NCBI GenBank assembly: GCA_030141605.1
Contig: JAQGDQ010002378.1
Span: 280,514 to 344,513, forward strand
DNA length: 64,000 nucleotides
Direction of reading: 5' to 3'
Source of the DNA: Tubiluchus corallicola
Lineage: Eukaryota > Animalia > Priapulida
The translations under genes and the position numbers were made by a program. The notes beneath the pieces were generated by a model that saw only the letters and a list, made by a program, of their open reading frames with translations, did no database searches and was not told the origin of the DNA. Shown in pieces: positions 1 through 21,040 of this stretch; within the stretch, counting starts at the first letter, position 1, and the number at the start of each line of letters is the position of its first letter.

Positions 1-352
1 CGAGGAGCAAAAACTTTCTAGTGTTGACCTGAACTACAGCTTGTAGCATATCTGATGAAAGGTCTTGACGAGATGAACTGAATGGCATAAATTGACAGGA
101 GTTAACCTACCTTTGACCCAAAGGTCACATGTGGAAAAGTTACAAGTTGCGATTTCATTTTGAAGTACAGTTCATAGGTAATGCAGTAATGTGAATTCAA
201 TAAAAATCAAAATTGTGATTTTCAGATAAAATGTTGACACTTTTTGAAATTCTAACTGCTTCTGTAACTAATTCTATAGCCACTGTTTGCAAAAACTCCA
301 GTTTCTCTCCACATCAGAAACGTTGTCAACTAGTTTTTATTGTTTGCTGTAG

Positions 353-8412
<8,060 letters not shown>

Positions 8413-8422
8413 GAAACTATAA

Positions 8423-8483
8423 ACACGCACGCATACGTACGCACACGTACGCACACACGCACACACACACACGTATGCATGCA

Positions 8484-8523
<40 letters not shown>

Positions 8524-8659
8524 CACACATGCACACACATGCACACACACACACACACACACACGCATGCACACACACACACACACACACACGTATGCAC
8601 GCACGCACACACACACACACGCACGCACTCACGCATGCACACGCATGCACACACACACA

Positions 8660-8691
<32 letters not shown>

Positions 8692-8692
8692 C
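8423..8692. repeat. (CA)n/(CACG)n microsatellite in the CYP 3' UTR
   Basis: Directly visible; explains the spurious HT/CV ORFs. Confidence 0.98.
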
Positions 8693-9103
8693 AACAGTTT
8701 TAAGCATGCTATAAGCCTACTTGTGAATAACATTATGAATATTATGAATAACATACTTTTAATAAAGCTGTATATAATGGATGTGAATAAAATTACTTTT
8801 AACCAATTTTTGAACATCGTTTGTGAGTTGCCACTAACAATATTAATTTAATTTTTTATGGTTTTAAATATGGTGAAGTTCTACAAACGTTCTCTGTCAA
8901 GTCTTGAAGGAAACCATTTACTTGCTAACTGAACATTTTGTATCATACGTACACAACTCTTGATCCAAATTAAATCTGACAAACTATTCAGCAAAAGCAT
9001 AACTGTGCAACATTAGATTTCTTTCGAGTCATTAACCTTGCAAGATGCTGATGAAAATAGTTCATGAAGACCCATTTTGTATCGGTATGTAATTGAGTAC
9101 TTA

Positions 9104-9476
9104 CAGGCCCTATTTTAGGGGGGGGGGTTAAGTGGGGACAATTCCCCGGGGCCTCACCCTCCAGGGGGCCTGATGCCAAGGTAACATTTTTTTGCTTTAT
9201 GCGAACATACTTCCTCCGCTCCCCCCTCTCTCTCTCTTGCCGCACGCGCGCCGTTTGCCAGTATTGACAAGTATTAAGGACTGGTTTTGAGAATAAAGCA
9301 GTTTTTCTTTCAATTGTTCTTTCCTTTAACAACTGTGTAACTCCATGTTTTCTCTTCGAAAATGCTTCTCCGGCGTTCTAGCAGTTCAAAATTTTTCTGG
9401 GCGCTTTGCCCTCCCCCTCGAGGGGGCCTCACACGCCCCACTTTCCCGGGCCTCTCTTAAGCTGAAAGAGGCCCTG
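9104..9476. mobile_element. hAT-type MITE, family A copy 1
   Basis: Termini CAGGCCCTATTT...AAAGAGGCCCTG; 8-bp TSD AGTACTTA on both sides; inverted homolog at 51651-52065. Confidence 0.9.
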
Positions 9477-10591
9477 AGTACTTAACTACAAATGTTACTT
9501 TTAATTATAAATGTTATGCTAATTAATTAAGCTAATATCTGTGAACTAATACCAGATACCTGTTATAGCATGTCATTTAACTCTCACAATATAAAACACA
9601 AAAATTACACTGTACGGAGTTTATTACCAGCACTTATAGGGGAACAAAATACACACACAAAAAATAGCTAAGTAACAGCACTACGCCCGAGGAGCAGCTG
9701 TGTCACAAATCAAGGCTCTAGTGACCTCTACACGCTTTTTTACTGGCATTCCAGGGCTGCTGGCTTCTTCCACCACGTGTAGGCCCAAACAAGACGTCTG
9801 GACCTACAAAAAAGGGGTGAGTCGCTGCTGACGTGAAAGCAGGGCGTGTAGAGGGCCCTACACCCGACACAGGTGCCTCTGTAACATTATACATGAACGA
9901 GCAAACCTTCTTAGTATTGTAATGCAAAGTATAAATAAAAATATCACATGAAATTATAAAGTATCGGGGAGGTTCAAATACCGTGCTCAAGTATATTATC
10001 TTTTAAATATGACGCAATTAAACATGGGAATGATCAAGCATGAACAAGCAAAAAGAATACACATTTAAAAATATCAGTCAGAACAAAAATCCATTTTTGA
10101 GTGGTGCAGAAGATTTTACAGCATTTGTCATCACCCTTCCTGACCATTTAAAAAAAATTTAAGCACCAAGTTAAGAAGTTAGCAATACCAGAATTCCCGG
10201 ACAGTCACCCATTCAAACGCAAAACCAGGTTCGAGATTGCTTAACTTCTGCATTTCGTTAAAGAGAGATAATATAGAAATAATAGATAGATTAAGGTGAA
10301 CGTAGGAACAAAGTATCTGTTTTGAATTTTTATATGAAAATCAAAAATAATTTTTGAAGGGCAGTGGCTGATTTTCTAGTTTTATTTTCATTTTTGTTCA
10401 CTTTGTGTGATATTCGAGAAACGTAACAAATAGATAGTCTTTCACATTAAAATGCCAAAAAAAATCAACGTAATGTCGAGACAGACATTTATTTCCACCA
10501 CTTCAACTTCCAAAAATCAAAAACAATACTGTCAAAATGATATGGTCGTGTTGTGCACACACTTTGATTGTTAATAATCACTCTAGCAAAA

Positions 10592-10711
10592 AAGTCTACA
10601 GCACGTGGTATTCCTAGGCGGTCCCCTATCCAAGTACTAACCACACTCTGCATTGCTTAACTTCGGTGATCAGACGAGAACCGGTGTATTCAATGTAATA
10701 TGGCCGTAGAC
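10592..10711 (-). rRNA. 5S rRNA
   Basis: Reverse complement GTCTACGGCCAT...CTGATCACCGAAGTTAAGCAA...TTAGTACTTGGAT...GGAATACCACGTGCTGTAGAC followed by a T-run Pol III terminator. Confidence 0.95.
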
Positions 10712-11356
10712 ATTAGCAGTTTCTTAAGATGAGTTAACATAGAAATGATGTACATGAATAAACAAACCTTTTTAGTATTTTAATGCAAAGTATAAATAGA
10801 AATATCATATGAAATTCTAAAATATCAGAGATGTTAAAATACCGTGCTCAAGTCTATTACCTTCTAAATATGACATAATTAAACATGGGAATGATCAAGC
10901 ATGAACAAGCAAAGAGATCCTTCATTTAAAAATATCAGTCAGAACAAAAATCCATTTTTGAGTGTTGAAGAAGATTTTACAGCTTTTGTCATCAGCCTTC
11001 CTGACCATTTAAAAAAATGTCAGTCCCGGGCAGTCACCCATTCAAACGCAAAACCAAACCAGGTTCGAGGTTGCGTAACTTCTGTATTTCGTTAAAAGAG
11101 ATAATATAGAAATAATAGATAGATTAAGGTGAACGTAGTAACAAAGTATCTGTTTTGAATTTTTGTGTGTAGTATTTGAGAAACGTAACAAATAGATAGT
11201 TTTAGACATTAAAATGCAAAGCAAATAAAAATCAAAATAATGTTCAGACAGACACTTATTCCTATCACTTCTACTTCCAAAAGTCAGAAACAATTCTGCA
11301 AAAATGAAATGGTCGTGTTGTGCACACACTTCAATAGTTAATAGGCACTAGCAAAA

Positions 11357-11477
11357 AAGTCAACAGCACGTAGTATTCCTAGGCGGTCACCCATCCAAGT
11401 ACTAACCAGGGTCTCTACATTACTTAACTTTGGGGATCAGACGAAAACCGGTGTTTTCAACGTGATTTGGCTGTAGC
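11357..11477 (-). rRNA. 5S rRNA, divergent copy (probable pseudogene)
   Basis: Full-length-size 5S match with many substitutions and an eroded 5' end. Confidence 0.8.
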
Positions 11478-12199
11478 TTGCTCGGCACAGCACAAGTAGT
11501 ATTTATAGTATTCATAATCTAGTAAAACCAGGTGTACGATAAAACAGCATTGGATTAGAGAGTTGTCTTCGCTGCCATCATATATTCCTATGAGAAAAAT
11601 ACAAATGAGAAATGTGTTACGTTTGACCATTTTCCAAGTTAATGGGACATGCTAAACCGATAAGAACTGGAATTAACTAATTTACTAGTAATAATTAACA
11701 ACGAATAGCAGTCTTACTAGGAGATTCTGTAGCGTGTACATCTTGACTGTACGTGATTAGTTTTTGAGTACATCTTGTACAACTTGTAAAGCTCTCAACT
11801 GAAATAACTATTATAGTAAATCAAGCAATCATTGGCAAATTCAAAATGATAATTGCTGCAGTTTGCAATATTTGATTTGACTCCTTGGGCTTTTACCCAT
11901 TATTTCTCAGATGCATACCTTTCGTCTCCGCTAGTGAGTGACCAAATGTGAGGTTATGCAAGACCTTGGAGTAACTTGGATCAACTTTTCATCGATTATG
12001 TCATTGCATGTCACATTACAATTTCGTGATTCTTGAAGATTACACTATTTGTATGTTTTGTGTCATTTTGTCTGTTTATCTATTTGTGTTTTTATTTCTT
12101 CGTAGCTTGAATATTGATTTTGTCTTAATTGTCTGCAGATAAATCACACAAATAAATAAGTAATTGTAAGTTTTTTAAATTATTTACTGAATGAGTGAA

Positions 12200-12370
12200 C
12201 GAATGACTGACTGACTGACTGACTGACTGACCGACCGACCGACTGACCGACCGACCGACCGACCGACCGACCGACCGAATGACTGACTGACTGACTGACT
12301 GACTGACTGACTGACTGACTGACTGACTGACTGACTGACTGACTGACTGACTGACTGACTGACTAACTGA
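12200..12370. repeat. (GACT)n/(GACC)n microsatellite
   Basis: Directly visible. Confidence 0.97.
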
Positions 12371-12966
12371 ATAAATGAATGAATGATTGTGTGTGAATAA
12401 ACGATTGAGTGAATTAATAAACAAACTAGCAAAGGCCCCGCAAAAAAATTTTGCTTATAAATCCACTCATAATCAAATATGCGCAAACATTCTACCTAGT
12501 GTTTGTCTGTTTATCTAACGCAAAGCCAGAAGCTTTTACTGAATTAAAGTTACAGGCAGAGTATAATGGATGACGTCACAACAATGGCTTTGCGTCAGCA
12601 GTTTTCCAAGCGAAAATTGCCAAAAATAGAACATCTAATTAAGTCGTCGTCACTGCTCTTGATGGACGTGTCCTAATATAGCCCACATCATCGTATAGCC
12701 CTGTTCTTCCCCTTTCTAAAGAGCTGTATATCTCCCTTCGAGAGTCCCACCAGGTGCCGTCAGAACGTTTTTTTCTGCAGGCTGTTTGAGCAAAAAAATT
12801 TCAAAAAAATCACTGGTAATATTTGTTATTTTAGTGTTTCATGGGAGTGGTAAAGTACGTTATAATTGCCGAGGAATGTATAAAAGTTAAATAACTGTTA
12901 TATTATATGAAAATATAATGGTAAATAACCAAATTTAATATTAATTATATTTTGTTTTTAATAAAG

Positions 12967-13190
12967 CTGGTGAGCATTTTTGGATTGGTTTAATGGACAT
13001 ACACGAGGAGGGTGACTGGAGGTGGTTTGCAACAGGTCGACCTGCCCTTTTTACTTCTTGGGATGTAGCAGATGGCCAACCAGAAAATTACGGCGATGGC
13101 GAAAGCTGCGCCATCTTGCGGGCAAATGGGAACACGTGGAATGACTTCTCGTGTGATACAGCAAAATTTCCGTATATTTGTGAATTCTAG
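12967..13190 (+). CDS. C-type lectin domain, terminal exon (upstream exons not identified)
   Basis: After an AG acceptor: FWIGLMD...EGDWRW...SWD..GQPEN...ESCA...WNDFSC....YICEF*. These are the canonical WIGL, QPx, WND and YICE CTLD motifs. Confidence 0.85.
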
Positions 13191-13464
13191 GCGACAAGCT
13201 AGATTACTTATCACGGAAATCCGAATTTTTGTCTTTTTTTAACTCGTTCACTTCCGTTCTTGAAAAAGTAAAAAAATCGAATCGATATAGGCTAATATTA
13301 AACATGTTTGTATACTGTTGTTACTGATTTGCATACTGATTGTTAATAAACGAAACTTAGTGTGGATTTTACTGGTATTTGAGGACAATTTATACGCATT
13401 AGTACATGTTCCTATGTAGCAAGTTTGCAATTCTTGTATATCACGCGCATCTGCTTATACACAA

Positions 13465-13697
13465 TTACGGCGTTGAAAATACCGGTTGTTCAAAACAGGT
13501 TGATGACAAGGGTTCTCGTCTGATCACCGAAGTTAAGCAACGAAGAGGCGGGTTAGTACTTGGATGGGTGACCGACAAGGAATACTAGGTTCAAATCACG
13601 TTGAAGACACCGGTTCTCTTCTGATCACCGAAGTTAAGCAACGAAGAGGGGGGTTAGTACTTGGATGGGGGACCAACAAGGAATACCAGGTGCTGCA
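13465..13697 (+). pseudogene. Two tandem 5S rRNA-derived pseudogene or SINE3-like copies
   Basis: ggttctc(g/t)tctgatcaccgaagttaagcaacg...ggttagtacttggatggg...ggaatac occurs twice, opposite in strand to the array, followed by (GAGT)n. Confidence 0.85.
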
Positions 13698-13699
13698 GG

Positions 13700-13820
13700 A
13701 GTAAGTGAGTGAGTGAGTGAGTGAGTGAGTGAGTGAGTGAGTGAGTGAGTGAGTGAGTGAGTGAGTGAGTGAGTGAGTGAGTGAGTGAGTGAGTGAGTGA
13801 GTGAGTGAGTGAGTGAGTGA
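13700..13820. repeat. (GAGT)n microsatellite
   Basis: Directly visible. Confidence 0.97.
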
Positions 13821-13999
13821 GGTAAAGTAAGAGTAACTTTACAGAGATGATCAATCAGTGTTAGTTAATAAAAACTTACACTGCTAAACTTACTGTGCAG
13901 TAATGACGAATAAAATCAAGCATATTTACAACTATGAACAAAAAACGAAAAAAGTATGATTTAATTAATATGGCCGTGGATATATAAATTCTGAATTAG

Positions 14000-15190
14000 T
14001 GTGTATGTTGTCGTACTGGTGTGATGATATTTCATATTAGGTTAATATTAGTTATTTTAATTTTGTTTTAAATGCTGATAGGGACTTGATTTGTTTAACC
14101 TGTAATGGTAGAGAATTCCAAAGTAGAATTGCTTGTTTGATTACAGAGTTCGTTCCATAGTGGGTATTTGTCCTAATTTGTTTTAGATTGCTTGTTCTGG
14201 AATTAACGATTAGACTTGGAAAAAAGGTAAATCTGTTATTCCGGAATGGTTTGCTGATGTTGTTAATGTATTTAAATGTAAAAAGCAGAGTAAAATATTC
14301 TTTGTGTGCTTCAATGATTGGGAATTTTTACGTTTTTCTCAGGTTAGTTGTTGAAGCTTTAAATTTTTGTCTACCTGCCTTACGTTTGTATGAGTACCCA
14401 GCTATTAATCTCAACACATAGTTCTGAAGGAGATTTAATTTTAAGTAATTTTCTCTTTTGGTTTTTTGAAGTAGCGTACATCCATATAAGAAGTGTGGTA
14501 GAACTAAAGTTTTATATATTAGTGACTTAGTTTCCTTTATTAGCTGCCCTTTAACTTGTCGGAGATATGATGTGCTTGATGCCATTTTTGTGTATATGTT
14601 ATTAAAGTGTCATCCCGTGAAAGATTATTGTCTACCTGTATGCCCAGAAATTTATCATTATTAGTTTGTTTGATTACAGCATTATCTATTGTCAAAGTGG
14701 TTGATGATGCATCATTAGTATTTAATGAGGGTGACAGTATCATGGTTTATGTTTTGTCATTATTCATATTTAGCTTGTAATGACTAAATGCCGTATTTAT
14801 ATTTTTTATATCTTTTTCTAAATAAATTTTTGCAGTTTGGATATTTTCATGGGCTATGTAGATTGTAGTGTCATCAGCGTTATTTGTGAGTGTTGTAATA
14901 CACTGGATATGTTGTTTATATATAGGCAAAATAATAAAGTAGTAGTGTTCCTTGCGGTATACGTCTGTTTAACGTTGCCCAGTCAGAAAAGTTGGTTGTA
15001 TCATTACTCGTTCTTGTCCATCTTTGAGATGATTTTCTATCAGTTTTAACGATATCGAATAAAATCTGATTTGTTTTAAGTTATCGTAAAGTAGTTCGAG
15101 CGTTAATGCTATCGAATGCTTTACTTAAATCCAAAAATGCCGCTAAAATGTATTGCTTGTTGTCTAAACTATGTCTCCAATTTTCTGTTG
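14000..15190 (-). mobile_element. Decayed non-LTR (LINE) reverse-transcriptase fragment
   Basis: Minus-strand peptides LDNKQYILAAFLDLSKAFDSI (~15110-15170), ADDTTIY (~14870), KFLGIQVD and YKTLVLPHFLYGC, broken by stops and frameshifts. Confidence 0.85.
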
Positions 15191-15547
15191 AGCACAATTA
15201 ACTACAAATCACTTACCCCCTGTACCCTTCAAGTTTTTTTAGGGAAAATAATTATCAGTATCAACAAAACACATGCATTCAAATAAAAGGCGTTTTTCCA
15301 ACCTTCCACTAACGTTAATTTACACTGGTAATGCACAGAGACGTCATTGTTTTTCTGTTTGTTTCATATTCAGTAACTGCCTTGCTAGGGCTTTAAATTA
15401 CATGCGCGGTCTCTCAGGACAGAAAACAACACTTTTATTTTGATGGGTGACAGAAGGTTGTTCGTTAAAAATCCGGCTGCTACTGCTGCTGCTGACTTCA
15501 GGTATCTGTGATTAAGAGCTTGACTCTCATGGTCACCAGCCGATGGA

Positions 15548-15640
15548 AGTATTTAAGGCGTGATGAGACCGGTGTTGCTACCATACGCCTGTCGTCTGTG
15601 GTACCACACGAATCTCAACTCAACTTATAATTGTAAGTAT
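15548..15640 (+). promoter_or_regulatory. TATA-like box and non-coding first exon of the Gly/Tyr-rich gene
   Basis: TATTTAAG at ~15550 and a GTAAGT donor at ~15633, upstream of the ATG-containing exon. Confidence 0.5.
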
Positions 15641-16468
15641 TTTTTACTATTACTAAAGTAAGCATTTTGAAGTTTTAGTATATGACCTAGTCATCTTACG
15701 AACTGCGTTTTTTATCGTTACAAACGGCAACTTTTTTTAAAATGTTTGAAAGATTTCTTGGTAATACATTCAGTGGTATTTTTTGAAGAGTAAACTTACA
15801 AGATGTTTCGTTTTATCTTAACATTTACGACAAACTTTATCTACAATATAGGAGTAGCAAGATTGAGACGAAATTATTTTACATTTTGAAACGTACGAGT
15901 CAGTAAGGGAAACTGTTTGAAAACGTAAAATGTACATACCTATCCCCGTTTTTGTCTCTTTTAGCTTTTCGAGTTTGTTTAATTTTTGCTAAGAAGGAAA
16001 TTTAGCACAAATGTCTTAATTTATTGCAAATTTTACATAATACGTTTACCTCTAAGCCATCAAAATATTGAACGTATCAAAATTCTGTTTTAAACGGTTT
16101 CCGCTACTAAACCGGCATAATCTAAACTTAATCCAGGCGTTCATTGATGCTTCACAGTCTTTTTGCGACTGCTTAACTTTGGCTACCAAAGAAATTTAGC
16201 ACAAACTGACTAATTGTCTTCTTTTTTGCGAAATTTAGTATAATACATGTTGTACTAATACATGTATCAAACACTTTATTTAACCCTTGATCAGCATTAG
16301 GTGAGTTTTCATCACTTTTGATTGCAGTCTCTTCACCAAACAACATTGATCATTAGAGCATTGTCAGTTTTATGCTAAAATAATTTGGAAAATGACAATT
16401 ATTGATTTTTTATCGAATGCCCATTCAAGTTCTAGTTTGTTAATTAAATATTTTTTCTTGTTAGGAAA

Positions 16469-17420
16469 ATGAAGATCACTCTAGCTTTCCTCCTTGCCGT
16501 TTTGGTAAGTCGTCTATGGACGGAATTTCACAATTTAGCCAATTGTTCATGTTCGAGTACCACACCTAGTTAATTTACATTCACGTTTCTATTTAATACA
16601 ACGTAGCCTTTACTGCATCAATCAAAGTACGTCGACACATGTACTTGGCATTGGTTTGTGTTAGCCAACAACATTTCAGTCAAACTATTTAATTACATTT
16701 GGAGACAAAAGAAGTTAAAAGAACAAGAAGTTTTTATTTGTATAACAGTTTCATTGATAATACATTTGTACAACAGTTTCATTGATAAGTTCATTTGTAC
16801 AACAGTTTCATTGATAAGTTCATTTGTACAACAGTTTCATTGATAAGTACATTTGTACAACAGTTTCATTGATAGTTCATTTGTACAACAGTTTCATTGA
16901 TAAGTTTATTTGTACAACAGTTTCATTGATAAGTACATTTGTACAACAGTTTCATTGATAAGTTTATTTGTACAACAGTTTCATTGATAAGTACATTTGT
17001 ACAACAGTTTCATTGATAGTTCATTTGTACAACAGTTTCATTGATAGTTCATTTGTACAACAGTTTCATTGATAAGTTCACGTGTACAACAGTTTCATTG
17101 ATAAGTTCATTTGTACAACAGTTTCATTGATAATACATTTGTAGGTTGCTGTAGTCAGTGCCAGCGGATTTTATGGTGGCAGCTACGGACGAGGCTTGGG
17201 CTATGGACGTGGCCTTGGCTATGGACGTGGATTAGGTTACGGATATGGAAGTGGATACGGTGGATTTGGTGGATATGGCGGTGGTTACTACGGACGTGGA
17301 TATGGTGGATTTGGTGGATATGGTGGATATGGCCGTGGTTACTACGGACGTGGATACGGTGGACTTGGTGGCTACGGACGTGTATCTTATGGCCGTGGAT
17401 ACGGTGGTGGTTTCTGGTAA
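16469..17420 (+). CDS. Secreted Gly/Tyr-rich (GGY/GYG repeat) structural protein, ~103 aa
   Basis: Exons 16469-16504 (MKITLAFLLAVL) and 17145-17420 (VAVVSA-SGFYGGSYGRGLGYGRG...GYGGGFW*). Clear signal peptide, phase-0 GT-AG intron, AATAAA downstream. Confidence 0.92.
16736..17143. repeat. ~29-30-bp minisatellite in the intron of the Gly/Tyr gene
   Basis: Unit atttgtacaacagtttcattgataagttc, about 14 copies. Confidence 0.95.
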
Positions 17421-18914
17421 ATCCTGTGATTCCCAAGTTGAACATAGATTGAACATTCTTTTTACAATACTTCTACAGTTATGGACAGTAGAATAGTTCT
17501 TCAACAGATCCGGAGTCCATCCGTGCTTGACGTAGATCCACTTCTCCTTGATATATCCACGTTTGTTTCAGATCCACTTGTAGCTGTTATATTTCAGACT
17601 GCCTTTTCAATGTTTTTCTAATGTAAAAGATGTAAATGCTAGTCTAAGTTATCTTTACTATATCTGTATGTGAAGGTAAAATATTCCCTTGTTTCGATTC
17701 GAGTCGTTTTGAGGATTCTCCATACAAAGAAAATAAATTAAAAGTTAATCGCTGCACGTTTATCATGAGACGTTAAAAATAGAAATCTAAATCGGTTGTG
17801 TATAATTCTGAAACTCTTCTTTGTGAGAAATAAATTTTTGTAAAAAAGAACAGCAAAATTGTCAATATGATAATTGTTATATTATATTAACATTATAATA
17901 TATTAACAATAAGTTCTACAGTTAATAGAAATTAATGAAAAGTAAAGTACAAATAGCACAAATAACTATAAAAATGTGAACTAAGGTTTGTATGCAAATG
18001 CAAACATAAGCAGCTAAATTTAGTAAAGGTACAAAGCTTACAAAGTAATAACATAAAGACGTACATGATTTTTATATTGAAGACCAGATAATACACAGAA
18101 ATCTGTTACATGGAAAACAGCTATACAAGGGACAAAGAGCGAAATCACGAACACAATTGACTAATTACATTAATGGAACACATGTAATGCCTTATATCTG
18201 AGAAATATCCCAACAATATCAAGCGGCAAAATACAGTTAACGCGAAAGTGTCATGGAAACAAATTAAACTTGAAAATTAATCAGTCAAATAAAAGAAAAC
18301 ACACAATCAACTCACTACTCTGCAAAGCACCTAAAAAGCTTTCCAAGTAAGCAAGCTAGGAGACATGCATCCAGTGTACAACACGACAAGCACATTCAGA
18401 ACTACACCTACTTCTCAATCAGTCAACCAACCAATCGGTTGTCTGAACAACCGACTTACTCACCAAACAACCAATCAACCAATGTCTGACAGCTAGTATG
18501 CCACCCAACCAACCAATCAAGCAGAGAACAAAGAACAGACAGAGAAACTGTTTATCAGACAACAATTATACAAGGAAGTAATGGAAAAACAGGCGAATAT
18601 GTGGGATTGTAATCACAGCATATGTCACAAAGCAACTACATTATAGCAATTACTGAAGTTAATTAGCTAAGTCTCTTGGTGTAACCGAAGGTCTTTAATG
18701 CAGCTAATCGCATTGATTCTAAGCTTTTTTCTGTGTAATTTTCTGAGCTGCTGATAATTCGTCGAAGTCTGCAGCATCTTGCAGTGGACTTTGGTTGCAT
18801 GAATCCGTAATTTTTTGCAAAAAATCCATGCCACGATTTTTCTCCATTGTTTTTGCTGACAATGGCAGTAAATGACCTTTTACTTTTAAGTATACGAAGT
18901 CTTGGTTTTAAAGC

Positions 18915-19686
18915 TCAATAGTGCACAGTAGACAATAGTGCACTGTAGACAATAGTGCACGGTAGACAATAGTGCACGGTAGACAATAGTGCACAGTAGA
19001 CAAGAGTTCACTGTAGACAATAGTGCACAGTAGACAATAGTGCACAGTAGACAAGAGTGCACAGTAGACAAGAGTGCACTGTAGACAATAGTGCACAGTA
19101 GACAAGAGTTCACTGTAGACAAGAGTGCACAGTAGACAATAGTGCACAGTAGACAATAGTGCATGGTAGACAATAGTGCACGGTAGACAATAGTGCACAG
19201 TAGACAAGAGTTCACTGTAGACAATAGTGCACAGTAGACAATAGTGCACAGTAGACAAGAGTGCACAGTAGACAAGAGTGCACTGTAGACAATAGTGCAC
19301 AGTAGACAAGAGTTCACTGTAGACAATAGTGCACAGTAGACAATAGTGCACAGTAGACAAGAGTGCACAGTAGACAAGAGTGCACTGTAGACAATAGTGC
19401 ACAGTAGACAATAGTGCACAGTAGACAATAGTGCACAGTAGACAAGAGTGCACAGTAGACAAGAGTGCACTGTAGACAATAGTGCACAGTAGACAATAGT
19501 GCACTGTAGACAATAGTGCACAGTAGACAAGAGTGCACAGTAGACAAGAGTGCACTGTAGACAATAGTGCACTGTAGACAATAGTGCACTGTAGACAAGA
19601 GTACACTGTAGACAAGGGTGCACTGTAGACAATAGTGCACAGTAGACAAGAGTGCACTGTAGACAAGAGTGCACTGTAGACAATAG
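18915..19686. repeat. 17-bp tandem satellite
   Basis: Unit gtgcac(a/t)gtagacaa(t/g)a, about 45 copies; explains the three spurious Cys-rich ORFs. Confidence 0.97.
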
Positions 19687-19751
19687 TCTACATTGCTTAA
19701 CTTCGGTGATCAGACGATTACTGGTGTATTCAATGTGATATGGCCGTAGAC
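19687..19751 (-). pseudogene. 5' half of a 5S rRNA gene
   Basis: tctacattgcttaacttcggtgatcagacg...tggccgtagac; the satellite occupies the position of the 3' half. Confidence 0.9.
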
Positions 19752-20589
19752 ATTAGGAGTTTCTTAAGACGAGTTAACATAGAAATGATGTACATGAACA
19801 AGCAAACCTTTTTAGTATTGTAATGCAAAGTATAAATAAAAATATAACATGAAATTATAAAGTATCAGGGAGGTTGAAATACCGAGCTCAAGTATATTAC
19901 CTTCTAAATATGACATAATTAAACATGAGAATGATCAAGCATGAACAAGCAAAAATATTCTTCATTTAAAAATATTTGTCAGAACAAAAATCCATTTTTG
20001 AGTGGTGAAGAAGATCTTACAGCATTTTTCATCACCCTTCCTGACCATTTAAAAAAGTCTAAGCACCAAGTTAAGAAGTTACCAGCATCAGCAGTCGCCG
20101 GGCAGTCACCCATTCAAACGCAAAACCAAACCAGGTTCGAGGTTGCTTAACTTCTGCATTTCGTTAAAAAGAGATAATATAGAAACAGTAGATAGATTAC
20201 GGTGAACGTAGTAACAAAGTACCTGTTTTGATTTTTTATGAAAATCAAAAATCAGTTTTGAAGGGCAGTGGCTGATTTTCTACGCATACTACGATTACTA
20301 CGATTTCCAAGCATAACAAAGTACCTGTTTTGATTTTTTATGAAAATCAAAAATCATTTTTGAAGGGCAGTGGCTGATTTTCTAGTTTATTTTCATTTTT
20401 CCTTACCTTGTGTAACATTCGAGAAACGTAACAAATAGATAGTTTTTCACATTAAAATGCAAAAAAATAAAAATCAACGTAAGGTCGAGACAGACATTTA
20501 TTTCCACCACTTCAACTTCCAAAAATCAAAGACAATCTAAAGTGTTCGTGTTGTGCACACACTTCGCTAGATAATTGTCAATCACTAAA

Positions 20590-20709
20590 AAGACTACAGC
20601 ACGTGGTATTCCTAGGCGGTCACCCATCCAAGTACTAACCACGCTCTACATTGCTTAACTTCGGTGATCAGACGAGAACCGGTGTATTCAATGTGATATG
20701 GCCGTAGAC
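20590..20709 (-). rRNA. 5S rRNA
   Basis: Full-length match to the other copies, with a T-run terminator. Confidence 0.95.
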
Positions 20710-21040
20710 ATTAGCAGTTTCTTAAGACGAGTTAACATAGAAATGATGTACATGAACAGCAAATATTTCTAGTATTGTAATGCAAAGTATAAATAAAAAT
20801 ATCACATGAAATTGTAAAGTATCAGGGAGGTGGAAATACCGTGCTCAAGTATATTGCCTTTTAAATATGACATAATTTACAAGTCCTGGGCAGTCACCCA
20901 TTCAAACGCAAAACCAGGTTCGAGGTTGCTCAACTTCTGCATTTTGTTACAGACAGATAACGTAGAAATAATGGATAGATTAAGCGAAACACAAGAACAA
21001 GGTAAACTGTTTTGATTTTTTTTTATAAAAATCAAAAATC

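Larger units (their letters stand above)
9887..11477 (-). repeat. 5S rDNA tandem array, left block (spacer plus gene units)
   Basis: Spacer blocks (atgaacaagcaaaa...cagaacaaaaatccatttttgagtg...ggtcgtgttgtgcacac) repeat here and at 19752-24880. Confidence 0.9.

Noticed and set aside
9701-9886. Possible LTR (TGTCAC...GTAACA) abutting the first 5S spacer
   Set aside because: No TSD, second copy or coding remnant to support it.
18886-19683. Three long Cys/His-rich ORFs, and a superficially CRISPR-like periodicity
   Set aside because: Translations of a 17-bp satellite with no unique spacers; eukaryotic context and no cas genes.
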